Of a DNA stretch of 58,700 nt, positions 1-9,913 are shown piece after piece (the stretch's first letter is position 1; each line of letters begins with the position of its first letter). Where the stretch lies: positions 1 through 58,700 of the forward strand of contig DATKDL010000011.1 in the NCBI GenBank assembly GCA_035512695.1, in the 5' to 3' direction. This stretch comes from Anaerolineales bacterium. Lineage in GTDB: Bacteria > Chloroflexota > Anaerolineae > Anaerolineales > JABWBV01. The position numbers and the translations under genes were made by a program. The notes under the pieces are model-generated. The model searched no databases, was not told the origin of the DNA, and saw only the letters and a program-made list of their open reading frames with translations.

Positions 1-3000
1 GTCTGGCCGCCCCAGATCAGGATCTCGGAGCCGGTCCAGACCATCGTGTGGAACTCGCGGGCCTCGATGACGTGATCGGTGCTGGTGGCGGTCCAGGTGT
101 CGGCGGCCGGGTCATACCGCCCGCCGGTGTGGACATCGACACTGCAACTGCTGCCGGTGCAGCCACCCCAGACGAACAGCTCGGTGCCGGTCCAGACCCC
201 GGCGAAGCGGGCCCTGCCTTCCGGGGCGCCGGTCGTGCTCATCGCCGTCCAGGTGTCGTTTTCAGGATCGTAGCGTCCGCCGGTCTGGAAGAAGGTCCAG
301 CTGGAGGAGAGCGTACCGCCGCCCCAGACGATGAACTCGGAGCCGGTCCAGACCGAAGCGAACAGGATCCGCGCGGAGGGGGCGCCGGCGGTGCTGACCG
401 AGGTCCAGGTGTTTGTGACCGGGTCGTATTTCCCGCCGGTGTTCGTATCACCCGTCTCGGTGCGTCCACCCCAGATGATCATCTTGTTCCCGGTCCAGGC
501 GGCCTGGTGCAGGTTGCGGCCGGATGGCGCGCCGCTGGTCGTCACCGGGGACCAGCTGTTGGTCTGCGGGTTGTAGCGCCCGCCCGTGCTCGCGTATATT
601 TCGCTCCAGGTCGAACCGCCCCAGACGATCATCTCGGTGCCGGTCCAGACCGCGCTGTGGTTGGCGCGCGCTTCCGGCACTCCGGTGAGGCTGGTCGGCT
701 GCCAGGTGTCGGTGAGCGGGTTGTAGCGGGCGCCTTCATCGAGGGTGACCGATCCGACCTGGCCACCCCAGACGATCATCTCCGTCCCGGTCCAGACGGC
801 AGTCGGGAACGATGCGGGGGTGAGGCTGGCATTCTGGCTGCTCATGCTCCAGGTATCGGTCGCCGGATCGTAGAGGCGGGCGCGCTGGTAAAAGGGGTCG
901 GTGAACTGTTCGCCTACGCCGCCCCAGCTGATCATGTGGACGCCGTCCCAAACGGAGGCGTGGGCGCGCGCAACCCGGTACGGGTCGTTGGTCGTGGTCG
1001 GGAGCCAGCTGTTTGTCGCCGGGTTGTAGCGCCCCCCGGTGCGTTCGTCGCCCGGACCGTCGCCGCCCCAGATGATCATCTCGGTTCCGGTCCAGACGGC
1101 GTGGTGGCTGCCGCGCGCCGAGGGCGCGCCGGTCTGGTTGACCCCGGACCAGGTGTCCGTCGCGGGGTCGTAGAGCATGCCGTTGTTCAAATATATATTG
1201 GAGCCGGCGTAGCCGCCCCAGACGATCATTTCGTCCCCGGTCCAGACAGCTGTGTGGTTCTTCCGGGCGGCCGGCGCTCCGGCGGGATTTGTCGGGGTCC
1301 AGGTATCGGTGTCGGGATCGTAGCGCCCGCCATCGGCGTGCAGGTCGAAGCAGAGCGCATCCCCGGAGCAGCCGCCCCAGGCGATCATCTCGGTCCCGGT
1401 CCAGACCAGGCTGGGTTCGCGCCCGGCCGGGCTGCCGACCGTGCTGATCGGCTGCCAGGTATCGGTCGCCGGGAAATAGCGGCCGTTGACGCTGCCGGAG
1501 CCGTTCCAGATGATCATCTGGTCGCCGGCCCAGACGGCCATGGGTCTGCGCAGCCCGAGCGGAGCGTTGGTCAACGTCATCGGGCTCCAGGAATTGGTCG
1601 CCGGGTTGTAGCGGGCGCCCTGTTCGATCAGGATGTTGCAGTTCTGATTTCCGGAAGCGCTTTCTTTGCAGCCGCCCCAGACCAGCATCTCTGTCCCGGT
1701 CCAGACGGCGCTGTGCTGCTTGCGCGGGACGCCGTTGGCGATTGCCGTCCAGGTGTCGGTCAGCGGGTCGTAGGCGCCGCCGCTGCCGATGGTGCAGTAC
1801 TCAGACCCGCCGTAGCAGCCGCCGAAGACGATCATCCTGGTCCCGGTCCAGACAGCGGTGAAGAAAAGCCGCCCAATCGGGGCATCCAGGGTCGTGGTCG
1901 GGCGCCAGTCATCGAGGACCGGGTCATACCGGAAACCGTTGGTAAAGTAGTCGCCGCCCCAGACCAGCAGGACGCTGCCGGTCCAGACCGAGCGGCTGGT
2001 GATGGTGGCCCAGGGCATGGCGGGCATGTACGCCCATGCATCCGCGCCGCTTTCGATGGAATCTGCGGCTTCGACTGCGGACGGCTCCGGAAGGATGTAT
2101 GCCGCAACCGGCTGGATGAACCGCTCCATGGAAAAAGCCGACCGGTTTTCGCTCCACCAGGTCTCGAACGGGATTTTCTCCCAGCTCGCGATCACGATCT
2201 CGAGCCGCGTTTGGGTGATCCCCGTGACGGCCAGCGCATAGAACCGGCCGGCGTCTTCCTGGAGCGGGCTGACCAGGCCGGTGGGCAGATCCGCATCCGG
2301 GGCCAGGTGGAAATCGCTTCGGATACCGGCCAGGAAGACGTTGAAGCCGGCTTCATCCAGGAAGACGACGCCGTCGGAGGCCGGGCTCAGCCCCATGGCC
2401 GGGTCGAGTTCGCCGATCTCCCAGGCGAGCGTTTCGGCATTCGGGAGCGCGGCCAGCTGGGCGGCCCCGGTCACTCCGGACAGCGCGGCTGTTGCGGTCT
2501 GCCGCGTCCCGGAATGGATTTCCGGATCTTCGCCGAATTTCAGTTTCAGCAGCCGGTCGACGAGGACCGGCCGGACGAGGCATTCCGCCACGGCGGCCGG
2601 GTCGTGATCCAGCGCGGCGAAGAGGGTCTGCAGCCGTTCCGGGCTGCGGGTCCCGGCGGACATCCGATCGAGTTCGGCCTGGAGCATGGCAGGGGTGACG
2701 TTAATGCCCCATCGTTCTGCGAGGGCGACTGTTCCGGCCAGCGTGTCGGTGACCTGGTTTTCAACCGCTTCGGCCGAGAGGACCTGGTCAAGGGTCGGTT
2801 TGGGGCCCGGGTTGGCGGCCGGCCATTCCATCGCTTCCCAGTAGACCTGCTCGATATCGTTGCGGCAGACGGCTCGTTCGCCGGCGGCCAGGGGTCGGGC
2901 CGGCCGGTCCATCGAGGCCCGGGCGAGCTGGGGCAGGCTCACGACGGCGGTCATTATCAGCGCCAGGATGGCGATGGTGGCGATGAGGCGAAACGATCTT

Positions 3001-3026
3001 ATTCGTTTGGAAAGCGGAGGGATCAT
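1..3026 (-). CDS. Large secreted Kelch/beta-propeller repeat protein (3' end runs off the window, >1008 aa)
   Basis: Manual translation: ATG at 3026 with upstream AAAGGA, hydrophobic N-terminal signal (RLIATIAILALIMTAVV), then 14 repeats of about 50 aa with consensus WTG(T/S)EMI(V/I)WGG between 1 and 2000; frame at position 1 matches the start codon. Absent from the ORF track because there is no stop in the window. Confidence 0.9.
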   Translation of the reverse strand, partial: MIPPLSKRIRSFRLIATIAILALIMTAVVSLPQLARASMDRPARPLAAGERAVCRNDIEQVYWEAMEWPAANPGPKPTLDQVLSAEAVENQVTDTLAGTVALAERWGINVTPAMLQAELDRMSAGTRSPERLQTLFAALDHDPAAVAECLVRPVLVDRLLKLKFGEDPEIHSGTRQTATAALSGVTGAAQLAALPNAETLAWEIGELDPAMGLSPASDGVVFLDEAGFNVFLAGIRSDFHLAPDADLPTGLVSPLQEDAGRFYALAVTGITQTRLEIVIASWEKIPFETWWSENRSAFSMERFIQPVAAYILPEPSAVEAADSIESGADAWAYMPAMPWATITSRSVWTGSVLLVWGGDYFTNGFRYDPVLDDWRPTTTLDAPIGRLFFTAVWTGTRMIVFGGCYGGSEYCTIGSGGAYDPLTDTWTAIANGVPRKQHSAVWTGTEMLVWGGCKESASGNQNCNILIEQGARYNPATNSWSPMTLTNAPLGLRRPMAVWAGDQMIIWNGSGSVNGRYFPATDTWQPISTVGSPAGREPSLVWTGTEMIAWGGCSGDALCFDLHADGGRYDPDTDTWTPTNPAGAPAARKNHTAVWTGDEMIVWGGYAGSNIYLNNGMLYDPATDTWSGVNQTGAPSARGSHHAVWTGTEMIIWGGDGPGDERTGGRYNPATNSWLPTTTNDPYRVARAHASVWDGVHMISWGGVGEQFTDPFYQRARLYDPATDTWSMSSQNASLTPASFPTAVWTGTEMIVWGGQVGSVTLDEGARYNPLTDTWQPTSLTGVPEARANHSAVWTGTEMIVWGGSTWSEIYASTGGRYNPQTNSWSPVTTSGAPSGRNLHQAAWTGNKMIIWGGRTETGDTNTGGKYDPVTNTWTSVSTAGAPSARILFASVWTGSEFIVWGGGTLSSSWTFFQTGGRYDPENDTWTAMSTTGAPEGRARFAGVWTGTELFVWGGCTGSSCSVDVHTGGRYDPAADTWTATSTDHVIEAREFHTMVWTGSEILIWGGQ

Positions 3027-3131
3027 GGTTTAATTCCTTTGGCCAGGTTGGATATGGACGTCTGATATATACGTCGTTAAAGGCTTCAAAAAGTTACGGT
3101 CTCGGATCGCCCTGAACCCCCGGGAGGACGG

Positions 3132-3200
3132 GGTGGAAACGGAGGCGGCGGTGCGGGGCTAAACCCGGCACCGCCGCCTCCGTTTCCACCTTTCTTCTTT
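3132..3200. terminator. Long hairpin (23-bp perfect arms) between recQ 3' end and the Kelch gene
   Basis: ggtggaaacggaggcggcggtgc ... gcaccgccgcctccgtttccacc followed by tttcttcttt. Confidence 0.6.
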
Positions 3201-3274
3201 TACCATTCTCTCCGATTTCCCCCTCCGAACGTAGGGACGATTGTCCCGAATAAATGAGGACAATTGTCCGGAGG

Positions 3275-5521
3275 TTACGCGTTTTGTTTTTCTTCCACCG
3301 CCAGGATCAAGCGCCAGAGCTTGAGCTCTTCGTAAGAGATCGTTTCCCCAAGGGATTCAAAGACCGGTTTAAGATACCGGGTCCCAAGTTCTGTGAACGC
3401 CGCACGGATCCGGTCCCCGGCAGCAGGATCCAGCGCGCTGAACCTGACCAAGCCTTCCGGGTCCATGTCGAGGTCCATTTCGAGGGCTTTTTCGAGGTGT
3501 TCCAGGATCGTGCCGGTCGTAAAACTCAGCCCGGCGGCGATCTCAGGGATCGGACGTCCTTCCCGGTACTGCGACCAGATCTCCCGCGTCCGGCGCACGC
3601 CGGTGAGCGACTGCGCCGGCGGCCGGGCAGCCGGTTGAACCGGCGCCGCCTGGGACGGTTTCAACTCATGCTCGCGGCAGTATGCGGCGATCATTTCGAG
3701 GAACTGATCCCCGTAATGTTCGAGCTTCGTTTTGCCGACCCCAAAGACCTCGCCGAGCGCCTCGGCGGTCTGCGGGAGCCGGGCGGCCATTTCCATCAGG
3801 GTCCGGTCCTGGAAGACGACGTAAGGCGGGACGGAGAGCTCTTCCGCCAGCCTCGTCCGGAGCAGGCGCAGTTGGGAGAAAAGTCCCTGGTCGTATCCGG
3901 CAGCCGGACCGGAACCGAGCGGGCGGGCGATCCCCTCTGCGACCGCTGTCATAAACGTCTTGCCGTCGAGGACGGCCTTGCCTTCCGCGGTGATGACCAG
4001 GCTGCCGTGCGGCGGGGTCCGGCGCAGGAGCCCTTCCCGGATGAACATTCCGGAGAGTATGCGCCAGGCTTCCTTTGTATAGCCGTTTCCCGCCCCATAG
4101 GTTTTCAGGCGGTCGTGCTTTTTCTCGATGATGCGTTTACCCCGTGAGCCGGCCAGGACATCGATCAGGTGGGCCGCCCCGAAAACCTCACCGGTCAGGC
4201 GGGCTGTGGACAGGAACAGGCGGGCCGGTTCGGACAGGTCCTGCTGAGCTTCGGCGGTGTCCCGATCCCCGGTGCTTGCGGCGGAGGCCGTGCGGGCCGT
4301 TTCCAGGTCGCAGCGGTCGCAGTTCCCGCAGCGGTCGACCGGATAATCCTCACCGAAATAGCGCAGCAGGGGCGGCCGGCGGCAGCCGGTCGCTTCGACA
4401 AAACCGAGGAAGGTCTGCAGCCGGACTTCTTCACCCCGGCGGCGGATCGGATCGTCTGCCGGGAAGAAATAGCGGATGGTGCTGACGTCCGAATAGGAAT
4501 AAAGCAGCAGGCAGTCGGCCGGAAGCCCATCCCGGCCGGCGCGGCCGATCTGCTGGTAGTAACTCTCCAGGTTTTTTGGCAGGTTGTAATGCAGGATGAA
4601 GCGGACGTCCGGCTTGTCGATCCCCATCCCGAAGGCGATGGTCGCGACGATGATCATGGCGTCCTCGTACCGGAAGCGGTGCTGGTTTCGGCGGCGATCA
4701 TCTGTGCTCATCCCGGCGTGATAGGGCAGCGCCGGAAAACCCAGCTCGGCCAGTTCGGCGCTGAGTGCGTCGACGGAATCGCGCGTCGAGCAATAAATGA
4801 TCCCGGCCTGGTCTTTGTGCGCATTCAGGAATTCGAGCGCCTGGCGGAACCCGTCGTATTTGTCCCGGACGGACAGGTGCAGGTTGGGCCGGTCGAAACT
4901 GCCGATGAAGACACCGGCGTCCGGGACCCCGAGCGTTTCGATGATGTCATCCCGGACGCGGCCGGTGGCGGTCGCCGTGACGGCCAGGGTCCCCATTTCC
5001 GGGAGCCGGTCCCGGATCTCGGCCAGCCGGCGGTATTCCGGACGGAAGTCGTGTCCCCATTCCGAGATGCAGTGGGCTTCGTCGATCACGAAGCATTCGG
5101 CTCCGGCGTCATTCAGCAGGACGGCCATATCCGGACGGACAAGGGTTTCCGGCGCGGCGTAGACCAGCCGGACCTTCCCGGTCCGGACGGTGTGCGCGGC
5201 GTTGAGATAGGCTCTGTAATCCAGCGAGCTGTTCAGGTACACCGCCGGGATGCCCCATTCGCGCAGCTGGAGGACCTGGTCCTCCATCAGCGCGATCAGC
5301 GGTGAGACGACGACGGTCGGCCCGGCGCGCAGCAGAGCGGGCAGCTGGTAGCAGAGGGATTTTCCGCTCCCAGTCGGCATGACGGCCAGGGTATGGCGGC
5401 CGTCCAGGACGCTGTGGATGATTTCGCGCTGGAGCGGCCGGAACGCCATGTACCCGAAGACGTCCCGGAGCGTCTTTTCCAGGTCTCCTCGGAGGGAATG
5501 GGCGGTGGGCTGTTTGTCCAT
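3275..5521 (-). CDS. recQ: ATP-dependent DNA helicase RecQ (helicase, Zn-binding, RQC, HRDC, C-terminal HTH)
   Basis: MPTGSGKSLCYQLP, DEAHCISEWGHDFRPEY, ATIAFGMGIDK, YYQQIGRAGRDG, CGNCDRC, PPYVVF (HRDC). Confidence 0.97.
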   Translation of the reverse strand: MDKQPTAHSLRGDLEKTLRDVFGYMAFRPLQREIIHSVLDGRHTLAVMPTGSGKSLCYQLPALLRAGPTVVVSPLIALMEDQVLQLREWGIPAVYLNSSLDYRAYLNAAHTVRTGKVRLVYAAPETLVRPDMAVLLNDAGAECFVIDEAHCISEWGHDFRPEYRRLAEIRDRLPEMGTLAVTATATGRVRDDIIETLGVPDAGVFIGSFDRPNLHLSVRDKYDGFRQALEFLNAHKDQAGIIYCSTRDSVDALSAELAELGFPALPYHAGMSTDDRRRNQHRFRYEDAMIIVATIAFGMGIDKPDVRFILHYNLPKNLESYYQQIGRAGRDGLPADCLLLYSYSDVSTIRYFFPADDPIRRRGEEVRLQTFLGFVEATGCRRPPLLRYFGEDYPVDRCGNCDRCDLETARTASAASTGDRDTAEAQQDLSEPARLFLSTARLTGEVFGAAHLIDVLAGSRGKRIIEKKHDRLKTYGAGNGYTKEAWRILSGMFIREGLLRRTPPHGSLVITAEGKAVLDGKTFMTAVAEGIARPLGSGPAAGYDQGLFSQLRLLRTRLAEELSVPPYVVFQDRTLMEMAARLPQTAEALGEVFGVGKTKLEHYGDQFLEMIAAYCREHELKPSQAAPVQPAARPPAQSLTGVRRTREIWSQYREGRPIPEIAAGLSFTTGTILEHLEKALEMDLDMDPEGLVRFSALDPAAGDRIRAAFTELGTRYLKPVFESLGETISYEELKLWRLILAVEEKQNA

Positions 5522-5553
5522 GGGGCAGACATTGTAGCACGGCGGATTTCCGA

Positions 5554-6150
5554 TCAGGCGGACACGACGGTCATTTTCCCGGAGAGCGTCCCCGTGGCGG
5601 TCAGCGCATCCCGCAGCAGGCTGCGGCCGCGGGCGACCCGGCTCTTGACGGTTCCGATCGAGACGCCCATGACGTCTGCGGCCTCGATATAGCTCATTTC
5701 CTGGATATCGACCAGTGAAATCGCCGTGCGAAACGGCGCCGGAAGCCGGTTCAATGCGGATTGGACGGCTTCGCGCAGCTCGATGGTTTCGACCGCATCC
5801 TCCGGAAGCGGCCCCGGATCGCGGATCCAGCCGGGCGATTCGTTCTCCTCCCCGTACTCGTCCAGCGGTTCGAGCGGTTGGACCGGATGCCGGTGACGGA
5901 AGCGCATCTCGTCGTAGGCGAGGTTGGTTGCGATCCTTAGTATCCAGGATTTGAACGAGCCACCGCGAAACTGGTGCATTTTCCGATAGGCTCGGATAAA
6001 CGTCTCCTGGGTCACGTCCTCCGCCGAATCGAAATTGCCGAGCATCCGGTAAGCGTGGTTGAACACCTGTCCCTGGTGCGCCAGCACCAGCCGGTTGAAA
6101 GCGTCCAGGTCGCCTTTGTTCGCGGCATTCAACAGTTCAGCGGTCATCAT
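5554..6150 (-). CDS. ECF-type RNA polymerase sigma-70 factor
   Basis: AEDVTQETFIRAY, FKSWILRIATN, SYIEAADVMGVSIGTVKSRVARGR. Confidence 0.93.
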   Translation of the reverse strand: MMTAELLNAANKGDLDAFNRLVLAHQGQVFNHAYRMLGNFDSAEDVTQETFIRAYRKMHQFRGGSFKSWILRIATNLAYDEMRFRHRHPVQPLEPLDEYGEENESPGWIRDPGPLPEDAVETIELREAVQSALNRLPAPFRTAISLVDIQEMSYIEAADVMGVSIGTVKSRVARGRSLLRDALTATGTLSGKMTVVSA

Positions 6151-6532
6151 CCTCACTCCTCGATGCCGCCGCCTCCCGGACGGCGGCGATCAAATTGTCA
6201 AGCAGGGCGTGCTTGGGTACAAAGGCGAAAGCGCCTGCCTGGAGTGCTTTCTGTTTAAGCTCGTCCTGGTCGTACAGGCTGTGGATGACGACAGCCGTCC
6301 CGGGCGAAGAGGTTTTTAGCAGGCTTGCCGCAAGGACCCCGTCCATTTGCGGCATCTCGAGGTCCATCACGACCACATCCGGAGACAGCGCGGCGGCCAT
6401 TTCCACGGCCTCCAGGCCATCCTGGGCTTCTCCTACCACGAGAAAGTCTTCCTCGAGATCCAGGCTCATCCGTAAGGTTCGCCGGACGAGCGGCTGGTCA
6501 TCTGCAATTAAGATTGTGATTTTCATGGTCAT
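6137..6532 (-). CDS. Stand-alone receiver-domain response regulator
   Basis: ILIADD, PDVVVMDLEMPQMDG, AFVPK; no output domain; overlaps the sigma factor start. Confidence 0.9.
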   Translation of the reverse strand: MTMKITILIADDQPLVRRTLRMSLDLEEDFLVVGEAQDGLEAVEMAAALSPDVVVMDLEMPQMDGVLAASLLKTSSPGTAVVIHSLYDQDELKQKALQAGAFAFVPKHALLDNLIAAVREAAASRSEDDDR

Positions 6533-6710
6533 ATATCCTCTGGATGCTTCCGTTCAAGGATACGGGGTTAACGGATGGAACACATGCGGCAAAGGGCGCG
6601 TTCGGCCTCCGCCTTAAGTCGGATTTATTGGACCAGGCCCGCCTGGTTTTGTAATGATTGGCAGACAGGCGAAAATGGATTTATACTTTTGTCACCGGAC
6701 AGGGTTCTTC

Positions 6711-7349
6711 ATGCCGATCAAAGTACTGCTCGTCGACGACCACAGCGTGGTCCGCCAGGGGCTGCGGATGTTTCTTTCGCTGGACCCCGATCTGGAGGTC
6801 GTCGGAGAGGCGGCGGACGGCAGCGAGGCGCTCCGGGCCGCGCACCAGCTCAAACCGGATGTCGTCTTGATGGATTTATTGATGCCGGTTATGGATGGGA
6901 TCACGGCGATCGAACGGCTGCGTGCGGAGCTTCCGGAGATTGAGGTGATCGCCCTTACCAGCATCCTGGAAGACGAGAAAGTCGTCGGAGCGATCCGGGC
7001 AGGGGCGATCGGCTATCTGCTCAAGGACACCCAGGCGGATGAGCTGAACCGGGCGATCAAGGCTGCGGCGGAAGGCAAGGTCCAGCTCTCCCCGGAAGCG
7101 GCTGCCCGGCTCGTGCGGGAGGTGCGCGCACCCGAGAGCCCGGAAACGCTCACCGAACGCGAGATCGAAGTGCTGCGTCTCCTGGCGAAAGGGCGCTCGA
7201 ATAAGGAGATCGCCCAGGAGCTGGTGATCGGGGAAAAAACGGTCAAAACCCACGTCAGCAATGTGCTCTCCAAGCTTGGAGTCGTCAGCCGGACCCAGGC
7301 GGCCCTGTACGCCGTCCGGTCCGGAATCGCAGATGGCGACCAGGTCTGA
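6711..7349 (+). CDS. NarL/LuxR-family response regulator
   Basis: VLLVDDH, PDVVLMDLLMP, LTEREIEVLRLLAKGRSNKEIA...TVKTHVSNVLSKL. Confidence 0.95.
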   Translation: MPIKVLLVDDHSVVRQGLRMFLSLDPDLEVVGEAADGSEALRAAHQLKPDVVLMDLLMPVMDGITAIERLRAELPEIEVIALTSILEDEKVVGAIRAGAIGYLLKDTQADELNRAIKAAAEGKVQLSPEAAARLVREVRAPESPETLTEREIEVLRLLAKGRSNKEIAQELVIGEKTVKTHVSNVLSKLGVVSRTQAALYAVRSGIADGDQV

Positions 7350-9063
7350 GCGATCCTCCGCCGACCCGGGAGGGGCGGCTGCCCGCGAGGCGAGGCTGGC
7401 CCAACTCGTCGACGAGCGGACCCGGGAGTTGACGACGCTGCTGCGGATTTCGCGCGATGTCACCTCGAACCTCTCGGTCGAATCGGTCCTCAACGAGATT
7501 CTGGACAAGCTGAAAACGGTCGTCGAATATTCAAACGCCACGATCGTGCGCCGGGCCGGGGACAGTTTTTATTACGTCGCCGATCAGAAGGCGTGGAATT
7601 CATTCCCCCATCGCGGCTCCAGTTTTCCGGTGTCAAACTTCATCGATCAAAAGGTGATGGCGGAAATGAGACCGCTGATCATCGGAGATGTCCACCACGA
7701 TCAGACCGAGGTGGCCGTCGATTTCAGGCGCCAGGCCGGCGAAGTGTTGAACTCCTATTACGCCGAAGTTCGCACCTGGATGCGCGTGCCGTTGATCTCG
7801 CGCGGCGAGGTCGTCGGCATGCTGACCCTGCACCATAACCGGCCAAACCATTACACCGACCACCACGCCGACCTGGCGATGGCGTTTGCCGAATATGCGG
7901 CGATCGCGATGGAGAACGCAAGGCTGTTCGAAACGCTGGAGAAGCGCACTTCCGAACTGGCGTCGCTATTGAACGTCGCTCGGACGGTGACCTCCACGCT
8001 GGATCTCGAATCGCTGCTGACGATCATCCTGGACCAGCTGCGGCAGGTGGTCGAATACGAGCTGGCCACGATCCGGATCATTGAGGGCGACGACCTGGTG
8101 CTGGTTGCCGCCCAGGGGGGCGGTTTACCGGCGCTCCGTTCGAGTTACCCCTGGGCCAGCTTCCAAACGACGCGCGAGATCCTGGCTGCGTCCGAACCGC
8201 GCTTCGTGCCGGACCTGGGGGCGAACACTCCCCTGGCAGAGATCGTGCGCAAAGACCTCGAGATCCAAACCCTCCAGGGTATCCAGTCCTGGATGGGGAT
8301 CCCGCTGGTTTCCCGGGAGAGAAGCATCGGCCTGCTCAGCCTGGCCCACACCCAGCCGGGTTTTTACAATGGGTCCCGGGTCGACCTGGTGAACACTTTC
8401 GCCCTCCAGGCAGCGATTGCCATCGAGAATGCGCGGTTTTACGAGCAGGCGCAGGCGCTTGCAGCCCTTGAGGAACGCCAAAAGCTGGCGCGGGAGCTGC
8501 ACGATTCCGTCTCGCAGGCGCTGTACGGGATTGCCCTGGGAGCGCGAACGGCCCGGATACTGCTGGAGCGCGACCCGGCGGCGGTGGACGAACCCCTTGA
8601 TTACATCGCCTCGCTTGCCGAAGCGGGCCTGGCGGAGATGCGCGCCCTGATCTTCGAGCTTCGTCCGGAATCCCTGCAGGCGGAGGGCCTGGTCGCAGCG
8701 CTGACCAAGCGGGCCGAAGCGATGCGCACCCGGCACCAGATTGCGGTCGCGGCCGATTTCTGCGCCGAGCCGGATATTTCACTGGATATCAAGGAAGCGC
8801 TCTACCGGGTCGGGCAGGAGGCGATGCACAACGTGGTCAAACATGCCAGGGCGAGCCGCATGGACCTGCGGCTGCGCGAGGAGACCGGCGCCCTGGTCCT
8901 GACCGTTTCGGATGACGGTCAGGGTTTTAATCCGGAAGACGAATTCCCCGGGCACCTGGGGCTCCGGTCGATGCGGGAGCGAATTGAGAAAATCGGGGGT
9001 GTAATGCACATCACAAGCTCGCCGGAAGGGGGAACCAGGATCACGGTCAGGATCGATTTGTGA
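7333..9063 (+). CDS. Cytoplasmic GAF-GAF HisKA_3 sensor histidine kinase
   Basis: Two GAF repeats (VPLISRGEVVGML / IPLVSRERSIGLL), ERQKLARELHDSVSQ, EAMHNVVKHA, DDGQGF, GLRSMRER. Confidence 0.93.
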   Translation: MATRSERSSADPGGAAAREARLAQLVDERTRELTTLLRISRDVTSNLSVESVLNEILDKLKTVVEYSNATIVRRAGDSFYYVADQKAWNSFPHRGSSFPVSNFIDQKVMAEMRPLIIGDVHHDQTEVAVDFRRQAGEVLNSYYAEVRTWMRVPLISRGEVVGMLTLHHNRPNHYTDHHADLAMAFAEYAAIAMENARLFETLEKRTSELASLLNVARTVTSTLDLESLLTIILDQLRQVVEYELATIRIIEGDDLVLVAAQGGGLPALRSSYPWASFQTTREILAASEPRFVPDLGANTPLAEIVRKDLEIQTLQGIQSWMGIPLVSRERSIGLLSLAHTQPGFYNGSRVDLVNTFALQAAIAIENARFYEQAQALAALEERQKLARELHDSVSQALYGIALGARTARILLERDPAAVDEPLDYIASLAEAGLAEMRALIFELRPESLQAEGLVAALTKRAEAMRTRHQIAVAADFCAEPDISLDIKEALYRVGQEAMHNVVKHARASRMDLRLREETGALVLTVSDDGQGFNPEDEFPGHLGLRSMRERIEKIGGVMHITSSPEGGTRITVRIDL

Positions 9064-9133
9064 TCCCGCGAATCAAAAACCGGAAAACCTTCCTATCACG
9101 TTCAGGATCGTTTTCCGGTCTACTCGATTGCTC

Positions 9134-9209
9134 TGGCGGTCCCGACGGGGATCGAACCCGCGATCTCGGCCTTGACAGGGCCGCATGTTAGCCGCTACAC
9201 CACGGGACC
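9134..9209 (-). tRNA. tRNA-Asp(GTC)
   Basis: Reverse complement GGTCCCG-TGGTGTAGCGGCTAACA-CGGCC ct GTC aa GGCCG-GGTTCGATCCC-CGGGACC G CCA. Confidence 0.97.
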
Positions 9210-9268
9210 GTGGGAGCGGTAGTTTACTATAAGGCTTGACAGTCGTCAAGATAGGCCTACAGGAACTG

Positions 9269-9327
9269 AAAAACGAGATCGGACGCCCTGCCCGGTTGCG
9301 CCGGGAGGGGCGTCCGATCTCGTTTTT
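9269..9327. repeat. Long intergenic palindrome (20-bp arms, A/T-tract ends)
   Basis: aaaaacgagatcggacgccc / gggcgtccgatctcgttttt, lying between divergent genes. Confidence 0.8.
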
Positions 9328-9364
9328 TCTCGCGCGCCACATTCGGTTTATAATTGCACCGTCC

Positions 9365-9913
9365 ATGAGGTACCTGCTCGTTCCCATCCTGCTGGTGGTT
9401 TTCTGTGCAGCGCTGGTCCTTCCCAACGGAAGCGCCTCGGCGCATTTCATCGACTCCGACCTGGTCATGGACGAAGTCCCGGTCGGACCGTACCGGCTGT
9501 CGGTCTGGACGGTCGCCGACGTGACCGGGGGAGCCTCGATGCACATCACTTCGAGGCTCAGCGATCCGGCTACCGGCGGCCCGGTCGCCGCAGCAAAAGT
9601 CCGTTATGTGATCCGGGATCTGCAGGGTCTGCAGACCGAGATCATCTGCGATGCGTCCCCGGCGACACCGCTCAACGGTTTCATCTATGAAGGGGATGTT
9701 CCGCTGGACGAATACGGGTCGTACCGGATCACGGTCGAAATCAGCGATCCGCAGGATCTTCTCGGGGAGGCCAGCTATGTCTTTCCCGTCTACCCTTTCT
9801 CAAAGGCTGTGCAGGTGATGGTATCGGTCCTGCTGGTGATCGGTCTGCTGGCGACCGCCTGGATTTTGCGAGAAGGCTATCTGATCTTCGTCAAGAAGAG
9901 GAGTTCCATATGA
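9365..9913 (+). CDS. Exported protein with C-terminal membrane anchor (YtkA/FixH-like beta-sandwich, tentative)
   Basis: Signal peptide ending ASA-H, beta-rich core (YEGDVPLDEYGSYRITVEI), C-terminal TM helix. Confidence 0.65.
   Translation: MRYLLVPILLVVFCAALVLPNGSASAHFIDSDLVMDEVPVGPYRLSVWTVADVTGGASMHITSRLSDPATGGPVAAAKVRYVIRDLQGLQTEIICDASPATPLNGFIYEGDVPLDEYGSYRITVEISDPQDLLGEASYVFPVYPFSKAVQVMVSVLLVIGLLATAWILREGYLIFVKKRSSI

Noticed and set aside
48..3065. 1005-aa plus-strand ORF with APDDHLGPGPD repeats
   Set aside because: Antisense shadow of the minus-strand Kelch gene; its repeats are the reverse complement of WTGxEMIVWGG codons.
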